Source of the DNA: Octopus sinensis
Taxonomy: Eukaryota
Assembly: GCF_006345805.1 (NCBI RefSeq)
Contig: NC_043000.1
Span: 134,912,001-134,976,000 of the forward strand
Length of the DNA stretch: 64,000 nucleotides
Direction of reading: 5' to 3'
A model generated the notes under the pieces. It had not been told where the DNA came from and searched no databases. It saw only the letters and a program-made list of their open reading frames with translations. How positions within the stretch are numbered: the first letter of the stretch is position 1; the number at the start of each line of letters is the position of its first letter. Of this stretch, positions 39,858 to 52,949 are shown piece by piece. Made by a program: the position numbers and the translations under genes.

Positions 39858-40645
39858 TCCTTATTCTGGCCTATTCGCATCTATCTGTCTGTCAGTTTGA
39901 ATGGTGAAGTTCCAGAAGAGTGAGATGTGATCATTTTCAAGCACTGGGGGTGGTTTATGTTCCCACCAGTTTTTTATCATGGAGCAAGTCCAGGTGTTTG
40001 CAAATTACCTAGTGAATATATTGTGCTGCTCTATCATGCCTGTTGAGATAGTATGTAGGTGCAAGAAGACTGCACATGGAGACAACATGATCAATGGTTT
40101 CCTTTTGTTGTTGACATACACGGCATGTTGGGCTACTGCCGTTCTTTAATATGTTGGCCTGGTAGCTCCTTGTAGATAAGCATTGATCTTGAGCTGCTAT
40201 GATAACCCTTCTGTTTCTGATTTTAAGCCAGAAGACACTAACTATTGATGAGTAACATCGGCACTATTAGTTCTCTTTGGGTATTTGCCATTGAGAGGTT
40301 TTTCTTACCATTTATCAGTAGGAATCTCTAAGGAAGCACTTTTAGCACGGGTTTTCAAACGCTTAACTTTTTCTGTGCTTGTTTCTAGTACGTCTAATAC
40401 TGGAATTTGTTGCATTTGGAATTCACTTAGATATTCCTTTGCCTGTTTTGTTACTGAGTATGATGCTTTTTTGTTCTCATGCTTTGACACAAGTTTTAAT
40501 ATCCAGTCATCAGAGTTCTTCAGGTAGGTGTCTAGGCCAGTACTTGCAATCTTCATTGTTAATTCCAGTTGTAAAAGTCTACGGCTACCCTCTTTTCTTG
40601 GCAGATAAGGCCATTCTTCATCTGCCTTAAGGTGGTGCATTCTAT
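39858..40645 (-). mobile_element. R4/Dong-type non-LTR fragment, second lineage
   Basis: HHLKAD...YLPRKEGSR.L.QLE, GLKSETEG.II, KETIDHVVS.C and ENDHI...WNFTIQTDR..ANRP. Truncated at (AAT)n. Confidence 0.85.
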
Positions 40646-40649
40646 GCAT

Positions 40650-40745
40650 TTACTCTTTTACTCTTTTACTTGTTTCAGTCATTTGACTACGGCCATGCTG
40701 GAGCACCGCCTTTAGTAGAGCAAATCGACCCCAGAACTTATTATT
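40650..40745 (-). mobile_element. SINE family A, 3' tail fragment
   Basis: ACTCTTTTACTCTTTTACTTGTTTCAGTCATTTGACTACGGCCATGCTGGAGCACC. Confidence 0.85.
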
Positions 40746-40859
40746 TGTGGTGGTGGTGGTGGTGGTGGTGGTGATGTTGGTGATGATGATGATGGTGATG
40801 ATGATGATGATGATGATGATATGATGATGATGATGATGATGATGATAACATCAACAACA

Positions 40860-41030
40860 AAGACGAAAAATACCTTAGGAATGAGAAACCAGGTTCTAAA
40901 TTTCCCCAACACACCTAATGAAAGCTGGAGGGTATATCAGCCGAAACGTTGTGTTAACAACAAACATGAGGACAAATATCCATCAAATGTAAATTATGTA
41001 AATGATTGTACCATCTGATGCTTTCCATGG
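40860..41030 (+). mobile_element. PLE pLTR-like repeat with hammerhead-like motif (40911-40954; G5 mutated)
   Basis: Reads ACAC-CTAATGA-A-AGCTG(10 nt)CAGCC-GAAA-CGT-T-GTGT. Confidence 0.6.
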
Positions 41031-41084
41031 GCCCCAGGTCTCTGCTTCGAAGCTGTCGATCTTCTTTGCCTAGGACTTTTTGAG

Positions 41085-41740
41085 TGGCCACGTTTTTGTT
41101 CCATAAAACAAGCCGATGTCGATCAGAAACACACGTATCAATGGTTATGAAGATCAGGGCTAAAAGCAGAGATTGAAAGTTTCATATTAGCTGCTCAAGA
41201 CCAAAGCTTATTAACCCGGGACTACCAAGCCAATGTGGTAAAAATGGAGCTGACCCAAAATTCCGATTCTGTAACGATGAGATTGAAACTATAGACCACC
41301 TAATCTCAGGGTGTAGAGTCTTAGCACCGGTAGAATATAAACAAGACATGACAGAGTCTGCTAGTATTTACACTGGACAATATGTCGGCATTATAAAATC
41401 AAAGCCGCTGACAAATGGTATAAAAACCATCCTGAAGCTGTGACTGAGGGAGAAAATGTGTCGATTCTATGGGACTTCCCCGTACATACCTACAAAACTA
41501 TAAAAGCTAATAAACCTGATATTATTATAAAAGATCAGACAAAAAAGATGTGTTTATTAATTGACATGAGTATTCCTTACGATCACAATATAGCAGCGAA
41601 AGAATTTGACAAGATCAGTAAATATAAAGGCTTGCTAATAGAAATTGAAAAAATGTGGCATCTCAAGGCGACTACAGTACCAGTGATTGTAGGATCTCTA
41701 AGAATGATTAAAAAAGGTACTGAAACCTTCTTGAAAATGG
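41085..41740 (+). mobile_element. R4/Dong-type non-LTR fragment, third lineage
   Basis: GLKAEIESFILAAQDQSL, ETIDHLISGC, ILWDFPVHT...ANKPDIIIKD...CLLIDMSIP and TTVPVIVGSL. Confidence 0.9.
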
Positions 41741-41744
41741 CTTA

Positions 41745-42900
41745 TTTTATCCTTACCACAATCCTAATAAAACCAGTAATTATATCCACGCCTCGTCCAA
41801 TCATCCCCAAAGTGTTATTAAAGGGGTGGTCAAAGGGATGTCCAAATGAAAAGATTTTTTATAATTTTGCACCTTTTTATAATACAGCACTGAAAAACAG
41901 CGGATTTGATAGGAAGATATATTATATTAAGAATACACTATTTAAAAATAAATTAGGTAAACGTTTTCCAAATCTTGCGAAATTAAACATCGATACCACA
42001 TCGCGAGCATCAAAACCACACTATTATTCATTTAATTATGGTAATTATTATATTGGCCGATTAGGAACAAATCGGTGAGGAAACGGGAAATTATCTGGTT
42101 TACCTCCCCCTCCTTTCCCTTCAAGTCACTAATCTCCCTAAATTATTTTTTAGGATTATCGTCAGGAATTTCCCATCAGGTTATAAATATCCCATTTTTA
42201 ATAGATCCTGCCTTAAATTATCTTACTCAACTACGCCGAATCTAGGATCTATAATTGCGGCTAATAATAGATTAAAACTTAGGAATAATGGAGTCGATAA
42301 AGATGTTAATATAACTGGCCTCAATATGAATAATAATAATAAGAAGAAGAATACAGACGTCAAAAATATAAAGACAAAGTACGAGAATAAAACATGTAAT
42401 TGCCGTAACCAACATTTATGTCCCTTGAAGGGATTCTGTTTAAGGAGAAATGTCGTGCCTAAAGTTGAGATTGCAACCCTCAGTGAACCAAAGAAGATAT
42501 ACATAGGAAGCACGACTGATTTTAAGATTAGATATAGAGGACACAAAAATCTAATTACTAATAAAGAAACAAAAGAATCAACCCACATTAATAAATTAAA
42601 AATACGTCATAAAGAATTCAGTCTGAATCGGGCTATTATAATGGAAACCACACCGTACAATACACATACACGAATTGTAAATTATGCACGAGAGAATCAA
42701 TCAATATAATCAAAAAAAAATTTACTTAATAAGATTTCGGTTGTCATAATTCTTTGTAGACATAAATATTTATCAACGTTTAAATTTTTTTCCAAAAATA
42801 ATTTGCTTATATGATTTTAACCCATTTGCCCTTTGTATATTTTCACTCATTTTAAAACACTATTATCAGTAGTTTTATTACATGGGAAAATGCGAGCAAG
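41745..42900 (+). mobile_element. Penelope-like element 3' part (RT thumb, linker, GIY-YIG), degenerate
   Basis: YIHASSNHPQSVIK, FYNTALKNSGF, WF.PPF...FFRII.RNFP...FNRSCLKLSYST.PNL and CNCRNQHLCPLKGFCL...IYIGSTTDFKIRYRGHK. Confidence 0.88.
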
Positions 42901-43552
42901 GGAAATAATATTTTCAAGATTATAAAGGTGGAAAAGTTCAGGACAACTTATTACATTTGATAAAGTACAGAACAAGAAAATTTTACTTTTAGACCAGAAC
43001 GAGAGGAAAATAGTGAACGCTGGGAGAAACTTCACCGTTTTCTATCTATCTAATTCTCTCTCCCTCCTCTGTTTCTTTCTCTCTCTTTCATTGCTCACGC
43101 GTGACCATCGTCCATCTTTCTTTTCTTCACATGACCATCTTTCTTTTCCTGCACTAACGTTTAAACGAGCGGAAGTGTTTTCTCACTTTCTTCTATCTTT
43201 TCAAAAGAAATGTTTTTCCCAGTGTTCACTATTTTCCTCTCGTTCTGTTCTAAAGAACTTCTGTGTTTGTTTTTTGTTCGGTTTCCTTGTATGTCTCCAC
43301 TGTTCTGTTTTTGTTCCCAACTTTGACCCTCCATAAATCCTAAATTTTATTTTAGAATTTATGGGAGCAACTGTCTTTGAAGACTCATATTGTCGTTAAA
43401 TGCTCGAAATGAGTAGATAGACAGCCGACAACTGATGAAGGGCCCTTCTTTCTCTGTGTTAACTTTTCCTGTCTTCCTTTTTTCTCTCGTTGTTTACGTA
43501 TTTCATGTTATTTGCACCGTTGATGACGTCCTGTTTCCATATATTCATGTAT

Positions 43553-43603
<51 letters not shown>

Positions 43604-43624
43604 ATATGTATGTATGTATGTATG

Positions 43625-43658
<34 letters not shown>

Positions 43659-43680
43659 TGTATGTATGTATGTACGTATG

Positions 43681-43743
<63 letters not shown>

Positions 43744-44544
43744 ATAATAGAAGCATCGCTTATATAATAAACATTATCAGCCGCATATATTTCATGTACA
43801 CGAATGGCGTATTTGCCGCTAGGTGGAGAATATTCACTCAATGCACCGAATGTTAAGAACTGGAAAATCAAAGATAATTCACCTTTAATCCCATCCAGGA
43901 GTGACAGACACATCGATGTTTCGACATTTTTCGCCCATTTCGCCAACACCTACTCACACACACATACATGCACATTAGCACACATTGTTCATGGCATAAC
44001 TTAACTTATACCGCAAGTTGTATCTTCTTCAATCAAGTGATTGACACTTTTTTGCACTTTTTTTTACCTTGTTACTTGATATTTTTTTTAATCTTCATCT
44101 CGTCAGTACGCCAAATAACTCGAAATTATTTTAGCTACGTAAAAATATTCTCGGTATACCTAGTCAAAATATATAGATATTTTACTATACATGGGTACTG
44201 GACAGCAAACAGTTTGCTAGAATTACCAACAAAGCCAGCGGCCTGTTTAGCTTCAGAGGTCTGTGTAGTTCTGGTTGACGAGATACGGCATGTTTAAACA
44301 CTGGTGTCCCAGGATCCTTTACACCAATGAGCGGAGTGTATTGAGAATATACAGTCATTGTAAAAGGGAGATGTTCTCCTGTGTCATACTCAATAGCGAC
44401 TAGCATAGTTACGTTTGTATCTGCCGGAATGCATTAGGAATAAATATGTACATCTCGCGCGCGCGCACTCACACAGCGTTTGAATAGTTCTAATCCTTAC
44501 ATAATAGCAAAATCTAAGATCTAACAGAATGTTGGAATATTCTT

Positions 44545-44806
44545 TCACTCTTTTACTTGTTTCAGTCTTTTGACTGCCGCCATGCTGGAGTACCGCCTTT
44601 AGTCGAGCAAATCGACCCTAGGACTTATTCTTTGTAAGCGTAATACTTATTCTATCGGTCTATTTTGCCGAACCGCTAAGCTAGCGGACGTAAACAAACC
44701 AACATCGGTTGTCAAGCGATGTTGGGGGGACAAACATAGACACGCAAGCATATACACACATACACACACACATATATATATATGTGTGTGTGTGTATGTA
44801 TATATG

Positions 44807-44855
<49 letters not shown>

Positions 44856-45086
44856 CCCGTCGTATATATGTATACACACACACACATATATATATGTGTG
44901 TGTGTGTGTGTATACATATATACGACGGGCTTCTTTCAGTTTCTGTCTACCAAATCCACTCACAAGGCTTTGGTCGACCCGAGGCTATAGTAGAAGACTC
45001 TTGCCCAAGATGTCACGCAGTGGGACTGAACCCGGAATCATGTGGTTGGTACGCAAGCTACTTTCCACACAGCCACTACTGCGCCT
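44545..45086 (-). mobile_element. SINE family A, full-length copy with expanded internal microsatellite
   Basis: Head, core and tail as above, with a local duplication of the GAAAGAAGCCCGTCGTATA junction. Confidence 0.92.
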
Positions 45087-45185
45087 ATTGAGAATATAAT
45101 TTCGAATCGTAAACTCATGTCAAGCACAGGATATAGTCTAAGCGTGTATCCATCTAGATTATTTAGAATACTTATTTTTATTCCA

Positions 45186-45400
45186 TGCTGAAGGCGCGTG
45201 GCCTAGTGGTTAGAATGATGGACTCACGATTGCAATATCGTATTTGCGATTCTCAGACAGGTCAAAACACTTCATTTTCCGTTGCAACAGCTGTGAATAA
45301 CCCTGCGATAGACGGGCATCCTATCAGGAGGGATGTTATGATTTCAATCATTTATGCGCCATGGAAATCGCGTAACCGATCCTATGACTCGAGATAGTAA
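45186..45400 (+). mobile_element. SINE family C copy
   Basis: GGCGCGTGGCCTAGTGGTTAGAATGATGGACTCACGAT (tRNA-like head); the 3' end GACTCGAGATAG is shared with 1533-1720. Confidence 0.7.
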
Positions 45401-45426
45401 CGTCCAAGAGTTGATGATATTATTCA

Positions 45427-46222
45427 AGCTGGCAGAAATGTTAGCGTGCCGGGCGAAACGCTAAGCGGTATTTTGTCTGCGGCTACGTTCTGAGTTCAAA
45501 TTTCGCCGAGGTCGACTTTGCCTTTCATCCTTTCGGGGTCGATTAAATAAGTACCAGTTACGCACAGGGGTCGATGTAATTGACTTAATCTGTCTGTCTG
45601 TCCTTGTTTGTCCTCTCTGCGTTTAGCCTCTTGTGGGTAGTAAAAGAATAGAAATAGGCATTTTGTCTGCCGTTACGTTCTGAGTTCAAATTCCGCCAAG
45701 GTCGACTTTGCCTTTCATCCTTTCGGGGTCGATTAAATAAGTACCAGTTACGCACTGGGGTCGATATAATCGACTTAATCCGTTTGTCTGTCCTTGTTTG
45801 TTCCCTCTGTGTTTAGCCCCTTGTGGGTAGTAAAGAAATAGGTATTTTGTCTGCGGCTACGTTCTGAGTTCAAATTCCGCCGAGGTCGACTTTGCTTTCA
45901 TCCTTTCGGGTTCGATTAAATAAGTACCAGTTATGCACTGGAGTCGATATAATCGACTTAATCCGTTTGTCTGTCCTTGTTTGTCCTCTCTGTGTTTAGC
46001 CTCTTGTGGGTAGTAAAAAAAATAGAAATAGGCATTTTGTCTGCGGTTACGTTCTGAGTTCAAATTCCGTCGAGGTCGACTTTGCCTTTCATCCTTTCGG
46101 GGTCGATTAAATAAGTACCAGTTACGCACTGGAGTCGATGTAATCGACTTAATCCGTATGTTCCGTATGTCAGTCCTTCTTTGTCCCCTCTGTGTTTAGC
46201 CCCTTGTGGGTAGTAAATAAAT
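45427..46222 (+). repeat. Tandem array of four SINE-B bodies (one head), period ~184-192 bp
   Basis: Units start at 45467, 45657, 45841 and 46031, each ending ...TGTGGGTAGTAAA...AATA. Confidence 0.95.
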
Positions 46223-47372
46223 AGATATGATTATGGTGTATATTTTGTTCTATGGCGAATATTGTTTCTCTTACGATCTTTCTATTCCTTGGACGTCAGT
46301 AGCAAAGGTTTCTTTCAAAGGAAAGCACTTGATGTACTGAGGATCTTACTGGAAAAATTCCTTATCCGTGTTTAATGAATTCTCCGCTTTATAGTTGCCA
46401 TGTTTCAGTTTTACCTTTCTCTTTTAATCGGGAGAGAAATTAGAGCTCATAACTCTTTACACAATGGTATTGGGATGTGAAAGAAGAAGTGTCCTCAAAC
46501 AAGAGAACTGATTCGAATGTTTGCCTCGAAGTGGACTCTGCTAATCACATTCAAAGTTTAAAGGTAGTATACAGATTATGCAGAATATAATAGACTGTAT
46601 CAAATAAAGGATTATACAAAATTTATAGATTAATTATTTTTACTATAGTCATAATGGTAATGCCTGGAATTTATGATGAGGATGCATAATTGATTTCATC
46701 GATTCCAGTATTTCATTGGTACATATTTTACGGGCTTAAAGGATAAAGGGCAAAAGTGACCTCAGCCGAATTTAGCCAGGCGTGCTAACGACTCTGCCTG
46801 CTCACAGAATAATAATGATAACATTTAAAGAAACTTTAAAAAACAAAAGATTAAATCTGCAACCAAAGTACATACTGGGATTCGAATTCAGAATAAATAC
46901 CGCAGAGGCAGACGATCCGACATTCTTACAGTTTTATCAATCTGCCATCTTGGATTAGCACAGTTTTTTTTTTCTTTTTTGATTTTTATCGTCTCCCAAA
47001 GGATGAACAGCAAAATTAATGCCGGCGGGATTTGAATTGAGAACGTAGTGAATCGGAACAAATACCAAGGGATATTCTGACTGAGCCTATCATTCTCATT
47101 TTCAGTTTTACTATAGCAAAAGATCTTTATATAGGATTACATTATTTGCCATTTTGATTTTTCTGTTCATTCTCAATGATCTAAATAAGACTTCACTGGA
47201 AATAGATCCAAAGGAGCTTGTCTTCCCAAAATCACACACAAGAATGCACATATAAACACACATGCGCGTGCACGCGCACGCACACACAAAGCCAAAGTAA
47301 ATGTACATACATACATATATATATATATAATATAATATATATATACATGTATATATGCATACATATGTATGC

Positions 47373-47410
<38 letters not shown>

Positions 47411-47424
47411 GTTTGTATACATAC

Positions 47425-47513
<89 letters not shown>

Positions 47514-47526
47514 CTGTAAATGTAAT

Positions 47527-47725
47527 ATGTGACAATTATTCAGTAGCCATGATAAAACTCCGAGTTTCGGATGCCGAGGTGGAAATCCACGCCGCCATTT
47601 CTTCGGTTATCCAGCCATCGGAAAAATGCTATGAAAAATGACTACCGAATAATTGTCACATATTACATTTAAATTCCTCAATTTACATAATATCGAGGTC
47701 TCCTTCTTTCTTTTGTTGTCTTACC
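47527..47725. mobile_element. PLE pLTR-like inverted structure with hammerhead-like motif on the minus strand (47551-47611)
   Basis: ATGTGACAATTATTCAGTAG pairs with CTACCGAATAATTGTCACAT. The minus strand reads GATAA-CCGAAGA...CATCC-GAAA-CTCGGAGT-T-TTATC. Confidence 0.65.
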
Positions 47726-47787
47726 ATTTTTGTCAATATATATATATATATATAATATATATATATATAATATATATATATATCTAA

Positions 47788-47824
<37 letters not shown>

Positions 47825-47979
47825 ATACATGTATATATACATACATATGTAAGTATACATGTATGTATTATACTTTTACAAGAAAAGACGTTGTCACTTC
47901 TGTTCTTGTCTAAAAGTTTAATAAACCTGACATATACTGTGCTAAGTGCATTGGGTAATTTTTCAATCTAATGTGAAAA

Positions 47980-48165
47980 TGCTAAGCGCCATTTCTCTCT
48001 TTACGCTTGGCTCTTTACGTCTTGAGTACAAATTCCGTTGAGGTCGACTTTGCCTTTCATCCTTTCAGGAACGATGGACTAAGTAACTGTAGAGTACTAG
48101 GGTCGATGTAAGCATCTTGCCCCACCTCTCAAAATTTCAGGTGTTGTGCCTATAGTAAAAAGGAT
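47980..48165 (+). mobile_element. SINE family B, decayed copy
   Basis: GAGGTCGACTTTGCCTTTCATCCTTTC; tail GTGCCTATAGTAAAAAGGA. Confidence 0.75.
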
Positions 48166-48192
48166 TATGACTTGACATAAATACAAACGTTA

Positions 48193-48610
48193 ATGTAGGC
48201 GCAGGCATAGCAGTGTAGTAAGAAGCTTGCCACCCAACCACACGGTTCTGAGTTCAGTCCCACTGCGTGGCACCATGTCCTCTTCTGTAGCCTCGGCCCG
48301 ACCAATGCCTTGTGAGTCGATTTGGTAGACGAAAACTGAGTGTAGTCCGTCGTATGTTTGTATATATGTGCGTGCGCATCGTGCGCATGTGTGTGTGTTC
48401 GTGCGTGCGTGTATGTGTGTGTGCTTGACAACCGATGTTGGTGTTTCACATCTCTGCAACTTAGCGGTTCGGTTAAAAGGAGTCCGATAGAATAAGTACC
48501 CAGGGTAATAAAATTAAGTATTGGATGGGAGGGTGCGATTTCATCGACTAAAAATTCTTCAAAACGGTGCCCGAACACAGCCGCAGTCTAATAACCGACA
48601 CAAGTAAAAG
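48193..48610 (+). mobile_element. SINE family A copy
   Basis: AGGCGCAGGCATAGCAGTGTAGTAAG...GAGTTCAGTCCCACTGCGTGGCACC...GACACAAGTAAAAGTAAAA. Confidence 0.85.
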
Positions 48611-49436
48611 TAAAATATATAAACAGAGATGTATAAATACATACTGAAGGACAGACCCGCGACATTTAAGAATTGCCTATTTTGAGTCCTACAAAAAAAT
48701 AATTGAGAAAGAAAATTATCGCTCCTATCAGTAAACCACTAAATTTTGAAGTTTTAGCTGTTCTGTCTTTCTCACAGCGCAACAACTTCACAAAAACACC
48801 GGCTTCATTCGTTGCTATAGTTTTTGCAGCTGAACACTCTCATTAAACTATCCCCATTTTCCATTAGAGCAGTATCTATTTCATCCAGAAACCCTTTTAT
48901 TTCAGACAAAGATAATTTCTACGCAGGAAAACTAAATTTTACTAAGCCAGCTAAAAAAATTTTTTTTTTGCAAGGGAAGTAACTTTTACTAGTTATCTTT
49001 TGAATTACTTCCCTGTAGTTGTTTGTAATATTTTATTAACATATTACAGTATTAATTGCTAGTAATTCAAAATCGTTAGAACGTTGACCAGACTTCTTCG
49101 TGATACATAATTACCTCCTTTCATATAGTATAATTTCTAATCCCGCCATGATCAATTTTGCCTTCCATCAGTAGTGAATTAATAAAACAAAATATCGGTG
49201 ACGTATCGGAGTAATCGATATTTTGTTTTTCAATACGAAATTACTATTGCTAATAGTTATGTTATCGATGACTGAATTATGATTGACAATATTGACACCG
49301 GTTTTAAATCAGAAAACATAGAATAAAAATAAGAATTTTTGCAATAAGTCATTTCTAAAAAGATAATTTTTTTCCTATTTTCTACTCTGTGCATCATATA
49401 TTCTCAAGTCGTTCTTTCAATCAGTGTTTGAACAGA

Positions 49437-49732
<296 letters not shown>

Positions 49733-49970
49733 TGTACATATATATCTAAACAAGATAGAAGGTGACAGAAAAAGTTTACTCATTAAAAATTGCGAATTTT
49801 CAGAAGTAGAGTACATGTTCAAAAAACTCTCTTCAGAAAGATGTTTATATGTTCTAGCATTTCCTGGATTTAACCAATGGATTACACACTCCAGGTTTTT
49901 AGATTCATCCAGTAAAGAAATATTACGTGAATAAATATTACAATGAATAAATAATGCAAAAGCATAGAAA

Positions 49971-50354
49971 GGTGGCGAGCAGGCAGAAACGTTAGCACGC
50001 CGGGTGAAATGCGTAGCCGTATTTCGTCTGCCGTTACGTTCTGAGTTCAAATTCCACCGAGGTCAACTTTGCCTTTCATCCTTTCGGGGTCGGTTAAATA
50101 AGTACCAGTTATGCACTGGGGTCGATATAATCGACTTAATCCGTTTGTCCTCTCTGTGTTTAGCCCCTTGTGGGTAGTAAAGAAATACGTATTTCGTCTG
50201 CCGTTACGTTCTGAGTTCAAATTCCGTTGCAGTCGACTTTGCCTTTCATCCTTTCGGGGTCGATAAATTAAGTACCAGTTGCGGACTGGGTCGATCTAAT
50301 CGACTGGCCCCCTCCCCCAAAACTTCGGGCCTTGTGCCTAGAATAGAAAAGAAT
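49971..50354 (+). mobile_element. SINE family B dimer (headed monomer plus headless monomer with a different tail)
   Basis: Monomer 1 ends GCCCCTTGTGGGTAGTAAAGAAATA (50187); monomer 2 ends GCCTTGTGCCTAGAATAGAAAAGAAT. Confidence 0.9.
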
Positions 50355-50777
50355 GTATAAGCACAGAATATGTTACTAAAGGGAGAGAGCAACATGAAAA
50401 AAAGGGAATGACAAACTATACTATAAGATAAGGAAATAAAGACTGTTATATTATTCTGTATAATACAGAATAATGTATAAAAGAAATAAATTGGAAGACA
50501 AGAAATTTCTTGATTGTTTTGTCTTTGTTTTTTGTTTATTTGTTTTGATTTTTATAATGACACAAAGCGAATTTTCCATTCAATTATCTCTTCTCGAGCA
50601 AATTTACATCACACTTCCATGTGCTTTTTTTTTTTCGAGTTAGTGCATGTTATAAAATAGAAATGTATTAATTTACACGAGAATATTATATAGAGTGAAA
50701 ATTTGTAGGGTTAAAAGCAGTGATAATTTTCCTATAAAAATATTATTTTGTAATGACGCATTATAAGGTATTGTTCG

Positions 50778-51117
50778 TGTGTTTGACTCAGTGGTTAGAG
50801 CGTCGAGCTTACGATCGTGAGGTTGTGAGCTCGAATCCCGGACCGGGCTGTGTGTTGTGTTCTTGAGCAAGACACTTTATTTCACGTTGCTCCAGTTCAC
50901 TCAGCTGTAGAAATGAGTTGCGACGTCCCTGGTGCCAAGCTGTATCGACCTTTGTCTTTCCCTTGGATAGCACCAGTGGCATGGAGAGAGGTGGCTGGTA
51001 TGCATGGGCGACTGCTGGTCTTCCATAAACAACCTTGCCCGGACTTGTGTCTAGGAGGGTAACTTTCTAGGTGCAATCCCATGGTCATTCATGACCGAAG
51101 GGGGTCTTTACCCCTTT
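50778..51117 (+). mobile_element. SINE family C, full-length (tRNA head, V-domain-like core)
   Basis: GACTCAGTGGTTAGAGCG...GAGCTCGAATCCCGG, GTGTTCTTGAGCAAGACACTTTA...CTCAGCTGTAGAAATGAGT, tail GAAGGGGGTCTTTACCCTTT. Confidence 0.85.
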
Positions 51118-52009
51118 ATTTCTTTATAATAAATATCATTTGAAGAAATAACGCAATTAGATAAAATATGCAGATGCTAAGATCAACTACAGGAAAAAAA
51201 AAAGAGAGAGAATGAATGAAAGACATCACAAGTTAAGAAAGACAGCCAGAATTTATTTAAATCTTAATTTCCGACAAACTAAGCTAGATTACTAAAAGGA
51301 ACAGTTTCATTTGCTGCACGTAAAAAAAAAATTCTAACGTATTTAATAAATCAAAAAGTGAGGAGTTTGAAAACCTAGTCAGGTATCTAATTTCAAAATC
51401 AATAGCACTGTTCTTATAACAATAGCACTTAACTTTCACTTTCTGCACCACTAGGTATTAAATAGGAATTGATAAAAGTTGTATGGATTGTAAGGCTAAA
51501 TCAGTTAGTCTGTGTTGTTTAGTTGTTTACTGTAAGGTTACACCACGCTAGTATTATCGAAGTATCCTCTACTTGCTAAGCGCCTGCTGTCAAGTCTACT
51601 ATTTAATAAATAATAGAACAACGAGGATAATAGACTACATATACCAATATCTCAGTTATCCTACCAACACAAATCCAATCTTGAGCGGACAATGATTTTA
51701 TGAACGAGATAATAATAATATAAATACCAGTGGGGGAAAAAAATCTAGATGTGGTAAGGGGAGACAATTACACTTGTAACATAGTTATTTCCCTTGGCAC
51801 AGTTCTTAGACAATCCACTTCGTTGTGACTGAATAATAGTATCTGTTTTACATTAATTTCACATTGATTAGTTCATATTTACCAATTATATACTGAATTT
51901 TATTGAACCTCTTAACACAACTGCTTCGATCAATTTGAAGTTATTACAACACGAGAAATGCACGGAAACAAAACACGGGGAAGACTAACCTCAATAATCT
52001 TCCGTTAAA

Positions 52010-52225
52010 TATTCCTTTCTACTAAAGGCACAAAAGCCTTAAATGTCGTAGGAGGGGACCAATCGATAACATCGACCCCCAGTGTTTCACAGGTACTTAA
52101 TTTATCGACCCCCGAAAGAATGAAAGGCAAAGTCGGCCTCTGCAGAATTTGAACTCAGAACGTAAACACGGACGAAATGCCGCCAAGCGTATCGCCCGGC
52201 GTGCTAACGATTCTGCCAGCTCGCC
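52010..52225 (-). mobile_element. SINE family B copy
   Basis: Head and central domain as at 587-799. Confidence 0.85.
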
Positions 52226-52702
52226 TCTTTAATTTTCCATTAGATAATGCTATCCTTATCATAAGGCATGTATAATGATGCAAAATTTATAAGGCGCAGG
52301 CACTCGACTTTATTTCCCCATCATATAAACTTCTAATACCATACATTTTATAAACACAGGCATGGCTATGTGGTTAAGAAGATAGTCCCACTCCGTAACA
52401 CTCTGGACATTGTCTTCTACTATAGATCCGCGCCGACCAATGCTCTGTGAGTAAATGTGGTAGACGCGCATGTTTGTCTGTGTATACATACACACACACG
52501 GGCGCACACACACACAAACACGCACACACACACATACACACACACACACACACACACATTTATATATACATACAATGGGTTTCTACACAGTTTCCGCCTA
52601 ACAAATTCACAAGGCATTGATAAACCAAAATTATTTTAGCATTTTCTACCTTGTCTTATTTACCTTATACATATCAACTCGTGTCTTCCTTTTCAACCTT
52701 CT

Positions 52703-52733
<31 letters not shown>

Positions 52734-52743
52734 AACACACACA

Positions 52744-52793
<50 letters not shown>

Positions 52794-52949
52794 CAAACAC
52801 ACACACATACATACACACACACACAAACGCACACACATACACAGACACACAAACACACACATACACACACAAACACACACACACAGACACACAAACACAC
52901 AAACACACACACACACATACAAACACACACACATACACATATACACACA

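Noticed and set aside
41440-42078. 212-aa ORF as a novel RLE-Penelope fusion protein
   Set aside because: The RLE fragment simply reads through into adjacent PLE DNA, mostly out of the PLE frame; this is a chance junction of two dead elements.
45427-46222. CRISPR-like array
   Set aside because: The units are ~190-bp SINE bodies with no unique spacers, there are no cas genes, and the context is eukaryotic.
49740-49934. Protein-like open frames on both strands next to (CT)n
   Set aside because: They are short, have no recognisable homology, and have no consistent splice phase.
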